Positions 1 through 14,840 of a stretch of DNA of 64,000 bases are shown piece after piece (the stretch's first letter is position 1; each line of letters opens with the position of its first letter). Both the position numbers and the translations under genes were made by a program. This stretch comes from an uncultured Acidimicrobiaceae bacterium (GTDB lineage Bacteria > Actinomycetota > Acidimicrobiia > Acidimicrobiales > Bog-793): the NCBI GenBank assembly GCA_963785415.1, contig CAWAVB010000002.1, positions 13,434-77,433 on the forward strand, written 5' to 3'. The notes under the pieces were generated by a model that was not told where the DNA came from, searched no databases, and was given only the letters and a program-made list of their open reading frames with translations.

Positions 1-1
1 C

Positions 2-640
2 GCGGCCCCCGGCCCCCGGCTCGCCGAGCACGTCATCGCCTCCGGGGGCAAGGTCCTCTTCTTCCCGGACCAGCACCTCGGCCGCAACACCGTCTACTCG
101 CTCGGTTTCGCGCCCAAGGACGAGCGGGTCTGGGACCCGCGGCTCGCGATGGGCGGACTCAACGAGGCGGACTTGAAAGAAGCGACTTTCCTTTTGTGGA
201 AGGGCCACTGCTCGGTGCACCAGCGCTTCAGCGTCGAGCACGTCGCCGCCTTCCGCGCCGCCCATCCCGGCGGCAAGGTCGTCGTCCACCCGGAGTGCGC
301 CCACGAGGTGGCGGCGCTCGCGGACAAGGTCGGCTCGACCGACACGATCATCCACTACGTGGAGCGGGCCGCCCCCGGGACGGCGATCGGCATCGGGACC
401 GAGATCCACCTCGTCCACCGGCTCGGCGTCGAGCACCCCGAACTCACGATCGTCTCGCTCGACCCGCTCGTCTGCCCGTGCTCGACGATGTACCGCATCG
501 ACCCGGCCCACCTCGCCTGGGTCCTCGAAGGCCTCGTCGAGGGCGAGGTGCGCAACCGCATCGTCGTCGACGAGGCGACGGCGGCCGACGCCCGAGTCGC
601 CCTCAACCGGATGCTCGAGATCGGCGGCTCGAGCTTCTAG
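2..640 (+). CDS. nadA: Quinolinate synthase NadA, 5'-truncated by the window edge
   Basis: Frame is open from base 2. Motifs KVLFFPDQHLGRNT, LWKGHCSVH, VVVHPEC, IGTEIHLV, CPCSTMYRI are NadA-typical. Confidence 0.93.
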   Translation, partial: AAPGPRLAEHVIASGGKVLFFPDQHLGRNTVYSLGFAPKDERVWDPRLAMGGLNEADLKEATFLLWKGHCSVHQRFSVEHVAAFRAAHPGGKVVVHPECAHEVAALADKVGSTDTIIHYVERAAPGTAIGIGTEIHLVHRLGVEHPELTIVSLDPLVCPCSTMYRIDPAHLAWVLEGLVEGEVRNRIVVDEATAADARVALNRMLEIGGSSF

Positions 641-793
641 GTCCGCGGCTCCCGCAGCGCTGGCGTCTGCGCGGGTGTGCGCCCAGCCGCGAGACCAGAA
701 AATTCCATTGGTGACCGTACGCGAACGCGGCTCCTCCGGGCTTTGTAGATGGTGGAGGGGTCTTTTGACCCCACGAGCCCAGAGGTGGAATCG

Positions 794-1972
794 ATGTCAG
801 ACGAAGACGGAGGGCTGTCGCACCTTCTCGATCACCCCGGCGTCCCGGCCTCGGACGCGACGCTCCGCTCGATCGTCGCCCGGTCGCACCGCCGACGCGA
901 GCGGCGGCTGAAGATCGCCACCGCCACGGTCCTCGTCGTCGCGCTCGCCGAGGCGAGCGCCGGAGCGATCACCGCGACCTCGGGCGGGAAGGGGTCAGGA
1001 TTCGTCAACGTCGCGGCCAGATCGGCCGCCTGGACGAGAAGCCACACAGCGCTGGGGGTCGCCCCGGCTGGGCTGAAGTGGTCGGTCGCCTCGAGTAGTG
1101 CCGCCGGCACGAACTCCTCCACGGCCAGAACGCTTCCGAGCGCGAAGGCGGCCATCCCGGCGACGTGCACCGCCGCCCGCTGCTCGGGGATCCTCCCGTA
1201 CCTGGTCGCCCCGCTGCACCGGTTGTTCGTCCGAACGGCGGGCGATGTCACCGTCCGGGCGTTCACGGAATCGCTCGTCACGACGCAGGTGGTGCCGAGT
1301 CTCCCGAATGAGCCGGCCACAAGCCCGGGCAAGTCCGCCGTCGTGCCGGTTGTCTCCCCGGCCCTGAGAAGCACGCCGGTGCTCTCCACCGCGACTGGCG
1401 CGACCGGGGCGTCAGGAGCCAGTGGGGCGTCAGGAGCCAGCGGGGCGTCAGGAGCCAGCGGGGCGACCGGCGCAAGTGGCACAACGGGGGCGAGCGGCGC
1501 AACCGGGACCACTCTCCCAACGATCTCCGCCTGCAGCGCGAGCGAGGAACTCGTCGTCGAGGTGTCGAACCCCGGGGCGGTCGGCGAGGTCACGGTTACC
1601 GGGCCGACCCCTGCTCCCTTGAACCCCACGCAGCCGTTCCAACTCGTCGACAGTGCCGTTGTCGGGGTCGCGGAGTCCTCGCCCATCGAGGTGATCTCGG
1701 TCTACGTCGGGTTGAACGCGAACAGCGTCCAGGCGAACTTCTCCGACGGTTCGTCGGATCAGATGACCGTGACGGACGGCTGGGCTGTCCTCGTCGACGA
1801 CGGCAGCTCGCCACTTCCGGCAACGCTCACAGCCTTCGACGGCTCCGGAAACAGCGTCGGCACCGCCACCGTCTCGAGCGACAACGCCTTCGCAGAGCCC
1901 GAGGCCTGCGCCGTGCCCTTCACGGCGACCTCCGGTTCGACCGTCACGTCCCCGAAGCCCACGTCGAAGTGA
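794..1972 (+). CDS. Single-pass membrane/exported protein with a Gly-X-Y collagen-like linker; anti-sigma-like N-terminus
   Basis: Short cytoplasmic N-terminus, basic RRRERR patch, TM helix, Ser/Thr/Ala-rich extracellular part with Cys pairs. SD-like GAGGTGG before ATG 794 (track starts at 749). Lies directly upstream of an ECF sigma factor. Confidence 0.7.
   Translation: MSDEDGGLSHLLDHPGVPASDATLRSIVARSHRRRERRLKIATATVLVVALAEASAGAITATSGGKGSGFVNVAARSAAWTRSHTALGVAPAGLKWSVASSSAAGTNSSTARTLPSAKAAIPATCTAARCSGILPYLVAPLHRLFVRTAGDVTVRAFTESLVTTQVVPSLPNEPATSPGKSAVVPVVSPALRSTPVLSTATGATGASGASGASGASGASGASGATGASGTTGASGATGTTLPTISACSASEELVVEVSNPGAVGEVTVTGPTPAPLNPTQPFQLVDSAVVGVAESSPIEVISVYVGLNANSVQANFSDGSSDQMTVTDGWAVLVDDGSSPLPATLTAFDGSGNSVGTATVSSDNAFAEPEACAVPFTATSGSTVTSPKPTSK
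1397..1513 (+). repeat. (Gly-X-Y)13 repeat GAT/GAS/GTT, including three 18-bp tandem units GGGGCGTCAGGAGCCAGY (1406-1459)
   Basis: Read directly from the DNA and its translation. Confidence 0.92.
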
Positions 1973-1992
1973 TCGCCGCCGCCGGCTAGTAG

Positions 1993-2574
1993 ATGGGCCC
2001 GAACCGTGCTCAGCTGTCAGTCGTGGAGGCCGCCGCTACGACCGACAGCCAGGGTCATGACTCACCGGGCGCGGGCGCGCCGCGGGCGGTTTACGCCAGA
2101 AAGGCCGGCGGCATCGACGACGACTTCGTCGCGCTCTACAGGTTGCACTACCCGCGCCTCGTCCGCTCCCTCGAACTTGGCGGGGCCGACCCGGCGACCG
2201 CCGAGGACACTGCCCAGGAGGCGTTCGCGCGCACGCTCGGGCACTGGCGCCGCGTCCGACTCGGCACGAACCCGGCGGGCTACGTCTACCGGGTCGCCTT
2301 CCGCCTCCTCACGCGGATTCGCCATGGGAATCTCCCCCTCGAGGACGATGTGCCGTCGCCGGACATCGCGGCCGAGGCAACGCTCGCAGTGGGGATCGAG
2401 CGCGCGTTGCGGGCGATGCCGACGGCACGACGCCGATGCGCCGTGCTCTGTCTCGTCGTCGGCGTGACGACGAAGGACGCGGCCCGGACTCTCCGGATCG
2501 CGGAATCGACGGTACGCAAACAGATCGAACTGGCGCGGAGTGATCTCCGTCTGTCGCTCGGCGAGCATCTCTGA
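1993..2574 (+). CDS. ECF (sigma-24 type) RNA polymerase sigma factor
   Basis: Region 2 (AEDTAQEAFAR..HW..V) and region 4 HTH (DAARTLRIAESTVRKQI). Confidence 0.88.
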   Translation: MGPNRAQLSVVEAAATTDSQGHDSPGAGAPRAVYARKAGGIDDDFVALYRLHYPRLVRSLELGGADPATAEDTAQEAFARTLGHWRRVRLGTNPAGYVYRVAFRLLTRIRHGNLPLEDDVPSPDIAAEATLAVGIERALRAMPTARRRCAVLCLVVGVTTKDAARTLRIAESTVRKQIELARSDLRLSLGEHL

Positions 2575-2736
2575 TTCGGTATCCGATCCAAGGGGCTTCG
2601 CCCGCTTTGCCAGAAGCCCACAAGCGAATTCGGAATGCACCGGTTGGTTCCATGTCGACCTGCCAAATGGCGTCTCATCTGCGACTAGCCCGGTAAGGCG
2701 CTCCGCGGACGTGCCGATCCAAGCTACGTTGGTCAG

Positions 2737-3480
2737 GTGAGATCCTTCGCCCGACCAAGCATCCCGTGCCTCGTTCGTGTGCTCGCGTTCGGAACCGGCG
2801 CACTCGTCGTCTCTGCCGCTCTCGGAGTGTCGGCATCCGCCACGGTCAACACGACAAGCTCTGTTCTCAAAGCCACGAAAGCGGCGATCGCCAAACAGTC
2901 GAGCGTCCACCTCGTGCTCCAGGTGAAGCCGAACTCGACATCGAGCACCGAGAAGGTGACCGGCGATCTGGGGAAGAAGAACGGCGTCGAGTCCGTCTCG
3001 CTGGGCAAGTCAACCATCACGCTCAAGGTGAACTCCACCTTCGGCTACGTCGACGGGAACTCCTCTGGGCTGACCACGCTCTTCGGGCTGACCTCGGCAC
3101 AGGCCAAGAAGTTGGGCAAGGACTGGATGTCCTTGAAGGCCGGCTCGACCGAGTACTCGAACTTCGAATCCGGCCTCACGATCTCCTCGATCACGGGCGT
3201 GCTCCCCGCGGCCAAGGGAACGAAGCTGTCCACCGAGGTCGTCAAGGGGGCCAAGCTGTACGTCCTCAAGTGGACGACCGCAGCCACGAGCTCTACGCCG
3301 AAGTTGTCGGACACGCTGACCGTCTCGGCGGCAGGGGCGACCCTCCCGGTCGAGGTGACCATGACCGCCTCGGGCGGTGGCCTCGAGACGATCACGTTCT
3401 CCAAATGGGGCGAGCCTGTCGTCGTGAGTGCCCCGCCAGCCGGCTCGACGATCGCCTACTCCAAGATCACGGCCAAGTAG
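2737..3480 (+). CDS. Secreted protein, possibly LppX/LprAFG-like beta fold
   Basis: Signal peptide (..ALGVSASA), beta-rich Lys/Ser/Thr composition, C-terminal TITFSKWGEPVVVSAP pattern seen in LolA/LppX-like actinobacterial proteins. Confidence 0.6.
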   Translation: MRSFARPSIPCLVRVLAFGTGALVVSAALGVSASATVNTTSSVLKATKAAIAKQSSVHLVLQVKPNSTSSTEKVTGDLGKKNGVESVSLGKSTITLKVNSTFGYVDGNSSGLTTLFGLTSAQAKKLGKDWMSLKAGSTEYSNFESGLTISSITGVLPAAKGTKLSTEVVKGAKLYVLKWTTAATSSTPKLSDTLTVSAAGATLPVEVTMTASGGGLETITFSKWGEPVVVSAPPAGSTIAYSKITAK

Positions 3481-3627
3481 GTCCGCCGCTGTCGCTCAGC
3501 GAAAACACCTGGATCAACTAAGACCAGCGAAGCTCTTAGCCTCGTGACCGATCCGCACGATGGCTCACTCCATCGTCGGTAAACGCTGTGACGCTGCGTC
3601 CCCGCCCGACAGGGCGTCCTCCGCCTC

Positions 3628-6456
<2,829 letters not shown>

Positions 6457-6472
6457 CTTCGGAGGATACGGC

Positions 6473-8538
<2,066 letters not shown>

Positions 8539-8909
8539 CGCGTCATCGTAACGACGCGGTGCTCGGCGAGATCCCGACCAGGAAGGACACGGAGGGCGGA
8601 CCTTCACCACGGAGAGGAGTTCCGCTCGAATGGCTTGCCGGTCGGCGTGCGCTCGGGTCAAAGGCATGGACGCTCCAGAGGACGGACGTCGTACGGTCTT
8701 TTTCCGTCTGGAGGCCGTTCCGCTCTGAGGCGAGTCCACCTGGCGCGCCGGATACGCAGCGGTCCCGGTCAAGTTTCGGCCCAGATCACAGCCGGTTCCC
8801 TGCCGGGATCGGGCGTGGGGCGTCGCGACGGGCACCAGTTCCTGCCGCGGCAAACGGGCCCCGCCGGACGTATCGTGCGCGCGGTTCGGATATCGAAGAG
8901 GGGGACGAG

Positions 8910-9323
8910 ATGGCTGACACAGTGCGACGCGTTGACTACTACTACCTGACCGTTCCAGACACGCCGGGAGAGGGCGAGCGCGCCCTTGCGGTGCTGAGGG
9001 AAGGCGGCGTGGACATGCTCGCCTTCCTCGCCTTCCCCACGGGAGACGGCCGTTCACAGATTGATCTCGTGCCGAAGGACCCGGCCGCGCTCACCGCGGC
9101 CACCGAACGGGCCGGTTACACGCTGAGCGGGGCGAAGCACGCCCTCCTCGTCGAAGGCGACGACCGCGTGGGCGCGGTCGAAGCCACGACGTCGAAGCTC
9201 GCCGCTGCGGGGGTGAACGTCACCGCCGCAGCCGGTGTCGGTGACGGGTCGGGGCATTTCGGGATGATCCTCTGGGTCGCGGCCGTCGATTACGAGCGGG
9301 CGGCCGGTGCACTGGGCCTCTGA
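8910..9323 (+). CDS. Tandem ACT-domain protein
   Basis: [17 protein letters not shown] and [24 protein letters not shown] are ACT repeats. SD GAGGGGG before ATG 8910. Confidence 0.8.
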   Translation: MADTVRRVDYYYLTVPDTPGEGERALAVLREGGVDMLAFLAFPTGDGRSQIDLVPKDPAALTAATERAGYTLSGAKHALLVEGDDRVGAVEATTSKLAAAGVNVTAAAGVGDGSGHFGMILWVAAVDYERAAGALGL

Positions 9324-9412
9324 GCGGCATTGACAACGGGGAGGCGGGTGCCCGACCGCCCGGATCCCCGGAGAGCTGCCCGAACCCGACGGGGCTCGGG
9401 TGGTTCGCGCCC

Positions 9413-10546
9413 TTGGCGCGACCCGGCGAGAAGAGCGGAGCGCGCCATCATGGAGCCGTGGACCGCTCGACCGTGGCCACCCGCTACTGGCACGAGCTGA
9501 GCGACGGTCGTGTCCAGTGCGACCTGTGCCCGCGGGCCTGCAAGCTAAGGGACGGCCAGCGGGGTCTGTGCTTCGTACGATCCCGCGCCAAGAACCAGAT
9601 CGTGCTCACGAGCTACGGGCGCTCCAGCGGCTTCTGCGTCGACCCGATCGAGAAGAAGCCGCTCCACCACTTCCTGCCCGGCTCGGCCGTGCTCTCGTTC
9701 GGCACGGCCGGCTGCAACCTCGCCTGTCGCTTCTGCCAGAACTGGGACATCTCCAAATCCAAGGAGGTCGACACGCTCTCGGAGCGGGCCTCGCCCCGGG
9801 CCATCGCCGCGGCCGCCAAGGAGCTGGGGGCCGCCAGCATCGCCTTCACCTACAACGACCCGGTGCCGTTCATGGAGTTCGCGATTGACTGCGCGGACGC
9901 GGCCCACGAGCTCGGCCTGCGGGCCGTCGCCGTGACGGCCGGCTACATCTGTGCCGCACCCCGGGCCGAGATGTACGCCCACATCGACGCCGCCAACGTC
10001 GACCTGAAGGCTTTCTCCGAGGGCTTCTACCGGCGCGTGTGCGGCGCTGAACTGGGCGCGGTGCTCGAGACGCTGGAGTACCTCCGCCACGAGACCGCGG
10101 TCTGGCTCGAGATCACGAACCTGCTGCTCCCCGGCGCGAACGACTCCGACGCCGAGATCGACGCCCTGACCTCCTGGGTGGTCGGGCACCTGGGGCCGGA
10201 CGTGCCCGTGCACTTCACCGCCTTCCACCCGGACTTCAAGATGACCGACCGACCGGGCACCCCGCCCGGGACACTCTCTCGGGCCCGCCGCATCGCCCTC
10301 GCGAACGGGGTGCACCACGCCTACACCGGCAATGTGCACGGCACCGAGGGCGCCAGCACCTCGTGCTCGGGCTGCGGTGTCCGCCTCGTGGAGCGGGACT
10401 GGTACGAAATCCGTCGCTACCGCCTCACCGACGACGGCCGCTGCCGGAGCTGCGGCACCCGCTGCCCGGGCGTCTTCGAGGGACCGGCGGGTACCTGGGG
10501 CCCCCGGTTCCGCCCCGTGCACATCCCCGAGGTCGTCGCGGAATGA
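9413..10546 (+). CDS. amrS: AmmeMemoRadiSam system radical SAM enzyme (start could be GTG 9458)
   Basis: N-terminal CDLCPRAC..GLCFVR, VDPIEKKPL, radical SAM CNLACRFC, C-terminal CxxC..CxxC; adjacent to a MEMO1-family gene. Confidence 0.92.
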   Translation: MARPGEKSGARHHGAVDRSTVATRYWHELSDGRVQCDLCPRACKLRDGQRGLCFVRSRAKNQIVLTSYGRSSGFCVDPIEKKPLHHFLPGSAVLSFGTAGCNLACRFCQNWDISKSKEVDTLSERASPRAIAAAAKELGAASIAFTYNDPVPFMEFAIDCADAAHELGLRAVAVTAGYICAAPRAEMYAHIDAANVDLKAFSEGFYRRVCGAELGAVLETLEYLRHETAVWLEITNLLLPGANDSDAEIDALTSWVVGHLGPDVPVHFTAFHPDFKMTDRPGTPPGTLSRARRIALANGVHHAYTGNVHGTEGASTSCSGCGVRLVERDWYEIRRYRLTDDGRCRSCGTRCPGVFEGPAGTWGPRFRPVHIPEVVAE

Positions 10547-10591
10547 AGCCCGCAGGGAAAGGGCGCGCCCGACCAAGGGAACTGACCCCGG

Positions 10592-11434
10592 GTGAGTGAC
10601 GACGCGGGCGGTGCGCGCGGCGCAACCCGGCACACGGTGCGAGACCCCGCCGTGGCCGGTCTTTTCTATCCCGCGAGCCCCGACCGCCTGCGCGCAATGA
10701 TCCGAGACGCCCTCGCCGCCGCCACCTGGGACTCGCCCAGGCAGGGGCCGCCGCGACCGGTCCCCAAGGCGATCATCGGCCCGCACGCCGGCTACCTCTA
10801 CTCCGGGTCCGTGGCGGCTTCCGCGTACGCGCGGGTGGCGCCGGGACGCGGCACGATCGAGAAGGTGGTCCTGATCGGCGCCGCGCACCGGGTAGCGCTC
10901 GACACCGTCGCCGCCAGCAGCGCCGACACCTTCGCCACCCCCCTCGGTGAGCTGACCGTCGACGGCGACGGCCGCCGGGCGGTGCTCTCCTGCCCGGGGG
11001 TCACCGTGAACGACCACGCCCACGCCGGAGAGCACAGCCTGGAGGTCCATCTCCCCTTCATCCAGGTCGTCCTCGGTGACGTCCTCGTCCTGCCGCTCGT
11101 GGTGGGAGAGGTGCCGGCGCAGGTGGTGGCCGACGCGCTCGAAGCGGTATGGGGCGGCCCCGAGACCCTGGTGGTGGCGAGCACCGACCTGTCCCACTAC
11201 CACGACCACGCCACCGCCAGCGTCCTCGACGCAGAAACGGCCGCGGCCATCGTCGCCTGCCGGCCCGGGGAGGTCGGCCTCGACCGGGCGTGCGGGGTCT
11301 TCGCCGTCCGGGGTCTATTGACCGCGGCGCGTCGTCACCACCTCGCCGTCGAGCAGGTCGACCTGCGCTCTTCGGGGGACACCGCCGGGAACCGGGACAG
11401 GGTGGTCGGATACGGTGCCTTTGTGCTGACATGA
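10592..11434 (+). CDS. amrB: AmmeMemoRadiSam system protein B (MEMO1 family)
   Basis: PAVAGLFYP, PHAGYLYSG, EHSLEVHLPF, STDLSHY, CG, SGDTAG..VVGYGA motifs. Confidence 0.92.
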   Translation: MSDDAGGARGATRHTVRDPAVAGLFYPASPDRLRAMIRDALAAATWDSPRQGPPRPVPKAIIGPHAGYLYSGSVAASAYARVAPGRGTIEKVVLIGAAHRVALDTVAASSADTFATPLGELTVDGDGRRAVLSCPGVTVNDHAHAGEHSLEVHLPFIQVVLGDVLVLPLVVGEVPAQVVADALEAVWGGPETLVVASTDLSHYHDHATASVLDAETAAAIVACRPGEVGLDRACGVFAVRGLLTAARRHHLAVEQVDLRSSGDTAGNRDRVVGYGAFVLT

Positions 11435-11505
11435 CCCCCGCCACACGCCAACTGAGAGAAGTGCGCCGATGAGCGCTCGAACGCAGCGACGACCGTGACC
11501 CGGCG

Positions 11506-14039
11506 ATGACCACCGCCACGATCAACGGGGAAGCCCGTGAGCTCGGCGCCACGGTGGGTCGCACCCTGATCGCCTATTTGCGCGACGAGCTCGGCCTGAC
11601 CGGCACGAAGCCGGGCTGTGGCGAGGGCGAGTGCGGATCATGCACGGTGCTCGTCGACGGTGCGCCGGCGCTCGCCTGTCAGACCCCGCTCGCCGACGTC
11701 GCCGATCGGTCGGTCACGACGATCGAGGGGCTGGCGGGCGTCGCCGGACTGCACCCGGTCCAGCGGGCCCTCATCGAAGAGCGCGCCTCGCAGTGCGGCT
11801 ACTGCACCCCGGGCATGGCGTTGCGGGCCGCCGCGCTCTTAGAGCGCGACCCCGACCCGGACGACGAACGCATCGCCGCGGCCCTCGACCCGAACCTCTG
11901 CCGCTGCGGATGCTACGTACGAATCGTTCGCGCGGTGCGCCGTGCGGCCGAGCTGGCCCGCGGATCCGGCGCGCCGGCGCTCCCCGCCGCGACACTCCTC
12001 GACGAGCCCGAGCTCGCCCGGCCGAGGGTTCCGTGGGATCTCGCCGAGCCGGGGGACCGGGAATGGTTCGACGTGCTCGGCGACGGGCTCGTCGTCGTGT
12101 GGCCGCCGCCGGCACCGGCGGCCGGGATGTGGTCGACGGGGGGCGGTGCCTGGCTGCACGTCGCGCCCTCGGGCGTCGTGACCGCGTTCAGCGGCAAGGT
12201 CGACGTCGGGCAGGACAACCGCACCGCTTTCGCGCTCCTCGTCGCGGAAGAGCTCGAGGTCGATCCGGCCACCGTCCGTATCGTCCTCGGCGACACCGAC
12301 GTGTGTCCTTTCGACATGGGAACCTTCGGCAGCCGGTCGATGCCCGACGCCGGCGAGGCGCTCCGCCGGGCCGCCGCGGGGGCAAGACAGATCCTGTCCG
12401 CCCTAGCCACGGAAGGGTCCCCCGGCGTGCCGAGCGGGATCCGGCGGGTCGAGGTGCTCGCCGACGAGCCGGCGCTGCACCCGCCTGGCAGCTGGCAGGT
12501 CGCCGGCCGTCCTGGGCACGTTGCCGCGCGCTTCGACGTCGTGACCGGCACCCGGCGGTTCGGCTCCGATCTCGACCGACCCGGGATGCTGCACGGGGCG
12601 GTCCTTCGCCCGCCGGTCGTGGGCGCGACCTTGCACGCGGTCGATCCCGGTCCCGCCGAGCGGTTGCCCGGGGTCACCGTGGTCCGGGAGCGTGATTTCG
12701 TCGCCGCGGTGGCGGGCGACCCGGCGACGGCGCGCCGGGCGATCGCGGCCATCGACGCCGCGTGGGACGTGCCTCCGCCCGGGCCGCGCGACGTCGTCGC
12801 CCACCTCCGGGCGCACCCCGTCGCCGAGCAGGGTTGGAAACGGAGCTTGGACGAGGCCGTCGGCGACGTCGATGCCGCGCTCGCCGCGGCGACGCAACGG
12901 GTCGACGCCACCTACACGACCGCCTACCTCGCGCATGTGCCCCTCGAGACACGATCAGCCATCGCCGAGTGGGACGGTGACCGGTTGACCGTTTGGGTCG
13001 GCACCCAGGTCCCTTACGGGGTGCGCAACCGGCTCGCCGACGAGCTCGGCCTCGAAGAGGGCGCCGTGCGCGTCATCGTGCCGCCCACGGGCGGGGGTTT
13101 CGGCGGCAAACACGACGAAGAGGTCGCCCTCGAGGCGGCCCGCCTCGCCCGGGGCGCCGGCCGGGCCGTCAAGGTCCGTTGGAATAGGGCGGAGGAGTTC
13201 CAGTGGGGCCATCTGCGACCGATGGCGGTGATCGACGTGCGCGCCGGGACAGACGCCAGCGGTTCGATCACGGCGTGGGACTTCCTCGACATCAACGCCG
13301 GGGCCGCCGGCATCGTGCCCCCGTACACGATCGCCAACCGTCGCCTGCGCTACCAGCCCGCGGATTCCCCCGTCGCTCAGACCTCCTACCGGGCGCTCGC
13401 CGCGACCGCCAACCACTTCGCCCGGGAGTCGGCTGTTGACGAGCTCGCCTGTGCCGCGGGCCGCGACCCGCTCGAATTCCGCTTGCGCAACCTCGCCGAC
13501 GAACGGCTCGCCGCGGTGCTCACCACCGCCGCCGAGCGGTTCGACTGGGGGCGCGCCGCGACGACGCGACACACGGCAGCTGGGGCTCGGGCATGGCGGT
13601 CGGGCTGGAGAAAGGCGGGCGCCTGGCGACCTTCGTCCGGGTGCACGTCGGCGACGACCATTCAGTCCGCGTCGCGGAGATCGTCACCGCCTACGAGTGC
13701 GGCGCCGTCGTGAACCGCGACACCGTCATCAACCAGATCGAGGGCGGCACGATCATGGCCCTCGGTGGCGCGCTGTTCGAGGAGATGGTCCTCGAACGTG
13801 GCCGCATCGCCGAGCCCTCACTCGCCGCCTACCGGGTGCCGCGCTTCTCCGACGTGCCGCGCCTCGAGGTCGTCCTTCTCGACCGTCCGGACATCGCCTC
13901 TGCCGGCGCGGGCGAGACCCCCCTCGTCGCGGTGGCTCCCGCCATTGCCAACGCGATCTTCGCCGCCATCGGCCTTCGCCTCCGATCGCTCCCGCTCGCC
14001 CTGGCGGCACGACAAGGGCACGCCGCGCGCGGAACCTGA
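11506..14039 (+). CDS. Xanthine-oxidase-family molybdopterin oxidoreductase with fused N-terminal 2x[2Fe-2S] domain (IorAB-like); frameshift at G5 13547-13551
   Basis: GTKPGCGEGECGSCTV, QCGYCTPG, NLCRCGCY; Mo-binding GGGFGGK. The C-terminal part (..GLEKGG..NQIEGG..GAGETP) continues in the frame of ORF 13593-14039. Confidence 0.85.
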
Positions 14040-14125
14040 TCCGGCGCCGATCCGCCCCAGGTCGGCGAGCAACCGCCCAGGCGTCGCGGCCACGGGCAAG
14101 ATTCCTCCGCACCGCGGCCTTGCCC

Positions 14126-14766
14126 TTACCGGCGCTCCCCGTTCGTCGCCGGTGGCGCGGCCGAGCCGTGCGCGAGGCGCTCGATCCAGCGCCACGCCCC
14201 CTCCACCATCTCGTCGAGCTCCTCGAGCGTTCCGACGTTGAGGATCACGTAGTCGGCGACGGCGATGCGGGCAAACCGGTCGGCCTGGGCGGCGATCCGG
14301 GAGCGGGCGTCGGCCTCGTCCATCTGGCGGTCGTGCACGAGCCGTTCGAGAACCAGGTCCACGGGCGCGTCGACGACGAGCACGCCGTCGAGGCCATAGC
14401 GCATCCGCGCCTCGGTCTCGGCGAGCAGCGGCAGCACGCAGACGACGACGTCGTCCGGCCCGCCCTTGGCGAGCTCCTGGCGCAGCGCGACCGAGACGAG
14501 GGGGTGGACGATCGCTTCGAGGTCATGGAGCGCGGCTTGGTCCGCGAAGACGAGGGCCGCGAGCGCCCGGCGGTCGATCGAGCCGTCCGGGCCGAGGATC
14601 CCCGCCCCGAAGCGCTCGACGACCGCGGCATGCCCCGGGGTCCCGGGGGCGATGACCGCGTGGGAGATGGCGTCGGCGTCGACGACGCGCGCCCCCGGCG
14701 CTCGAGGAGGGCCGCGACGGTCGACTTGCCCGACCCGATCCCCCCGGTGCAGCCGATCGCGACCAC
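14126..14766 (-). CDS. coaE: Dephospho-CoA kinase; frameshift at C5 run 14692-14696
   Basis: IGCTGGIGSGKSTVA P-loop. One added G gives LERRGARVVDADAISH..IDRRALA..LEAIVHP..PLLAE..IAAQ. Position after rpsA is conserved. Confidence 0.92.
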
Positions 14767-14840
14767 GAAAGCCCCTAGTTGGGAGTCGACCCGGGACCGG
14801 TCAAGCCGCCGTCACCGCGGCGCGCCGCGTCAACCGGGCC

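Noticed and set aside
8539-9057. N-terminal extension of the 822-aa uvrB ORF and of ORF 8532-9323
   Set aside because: Homology starts at GTG 8538 (uvrB) and ATG 8910 (ACT gene); the extensions are stop-free GC-rich sequence.
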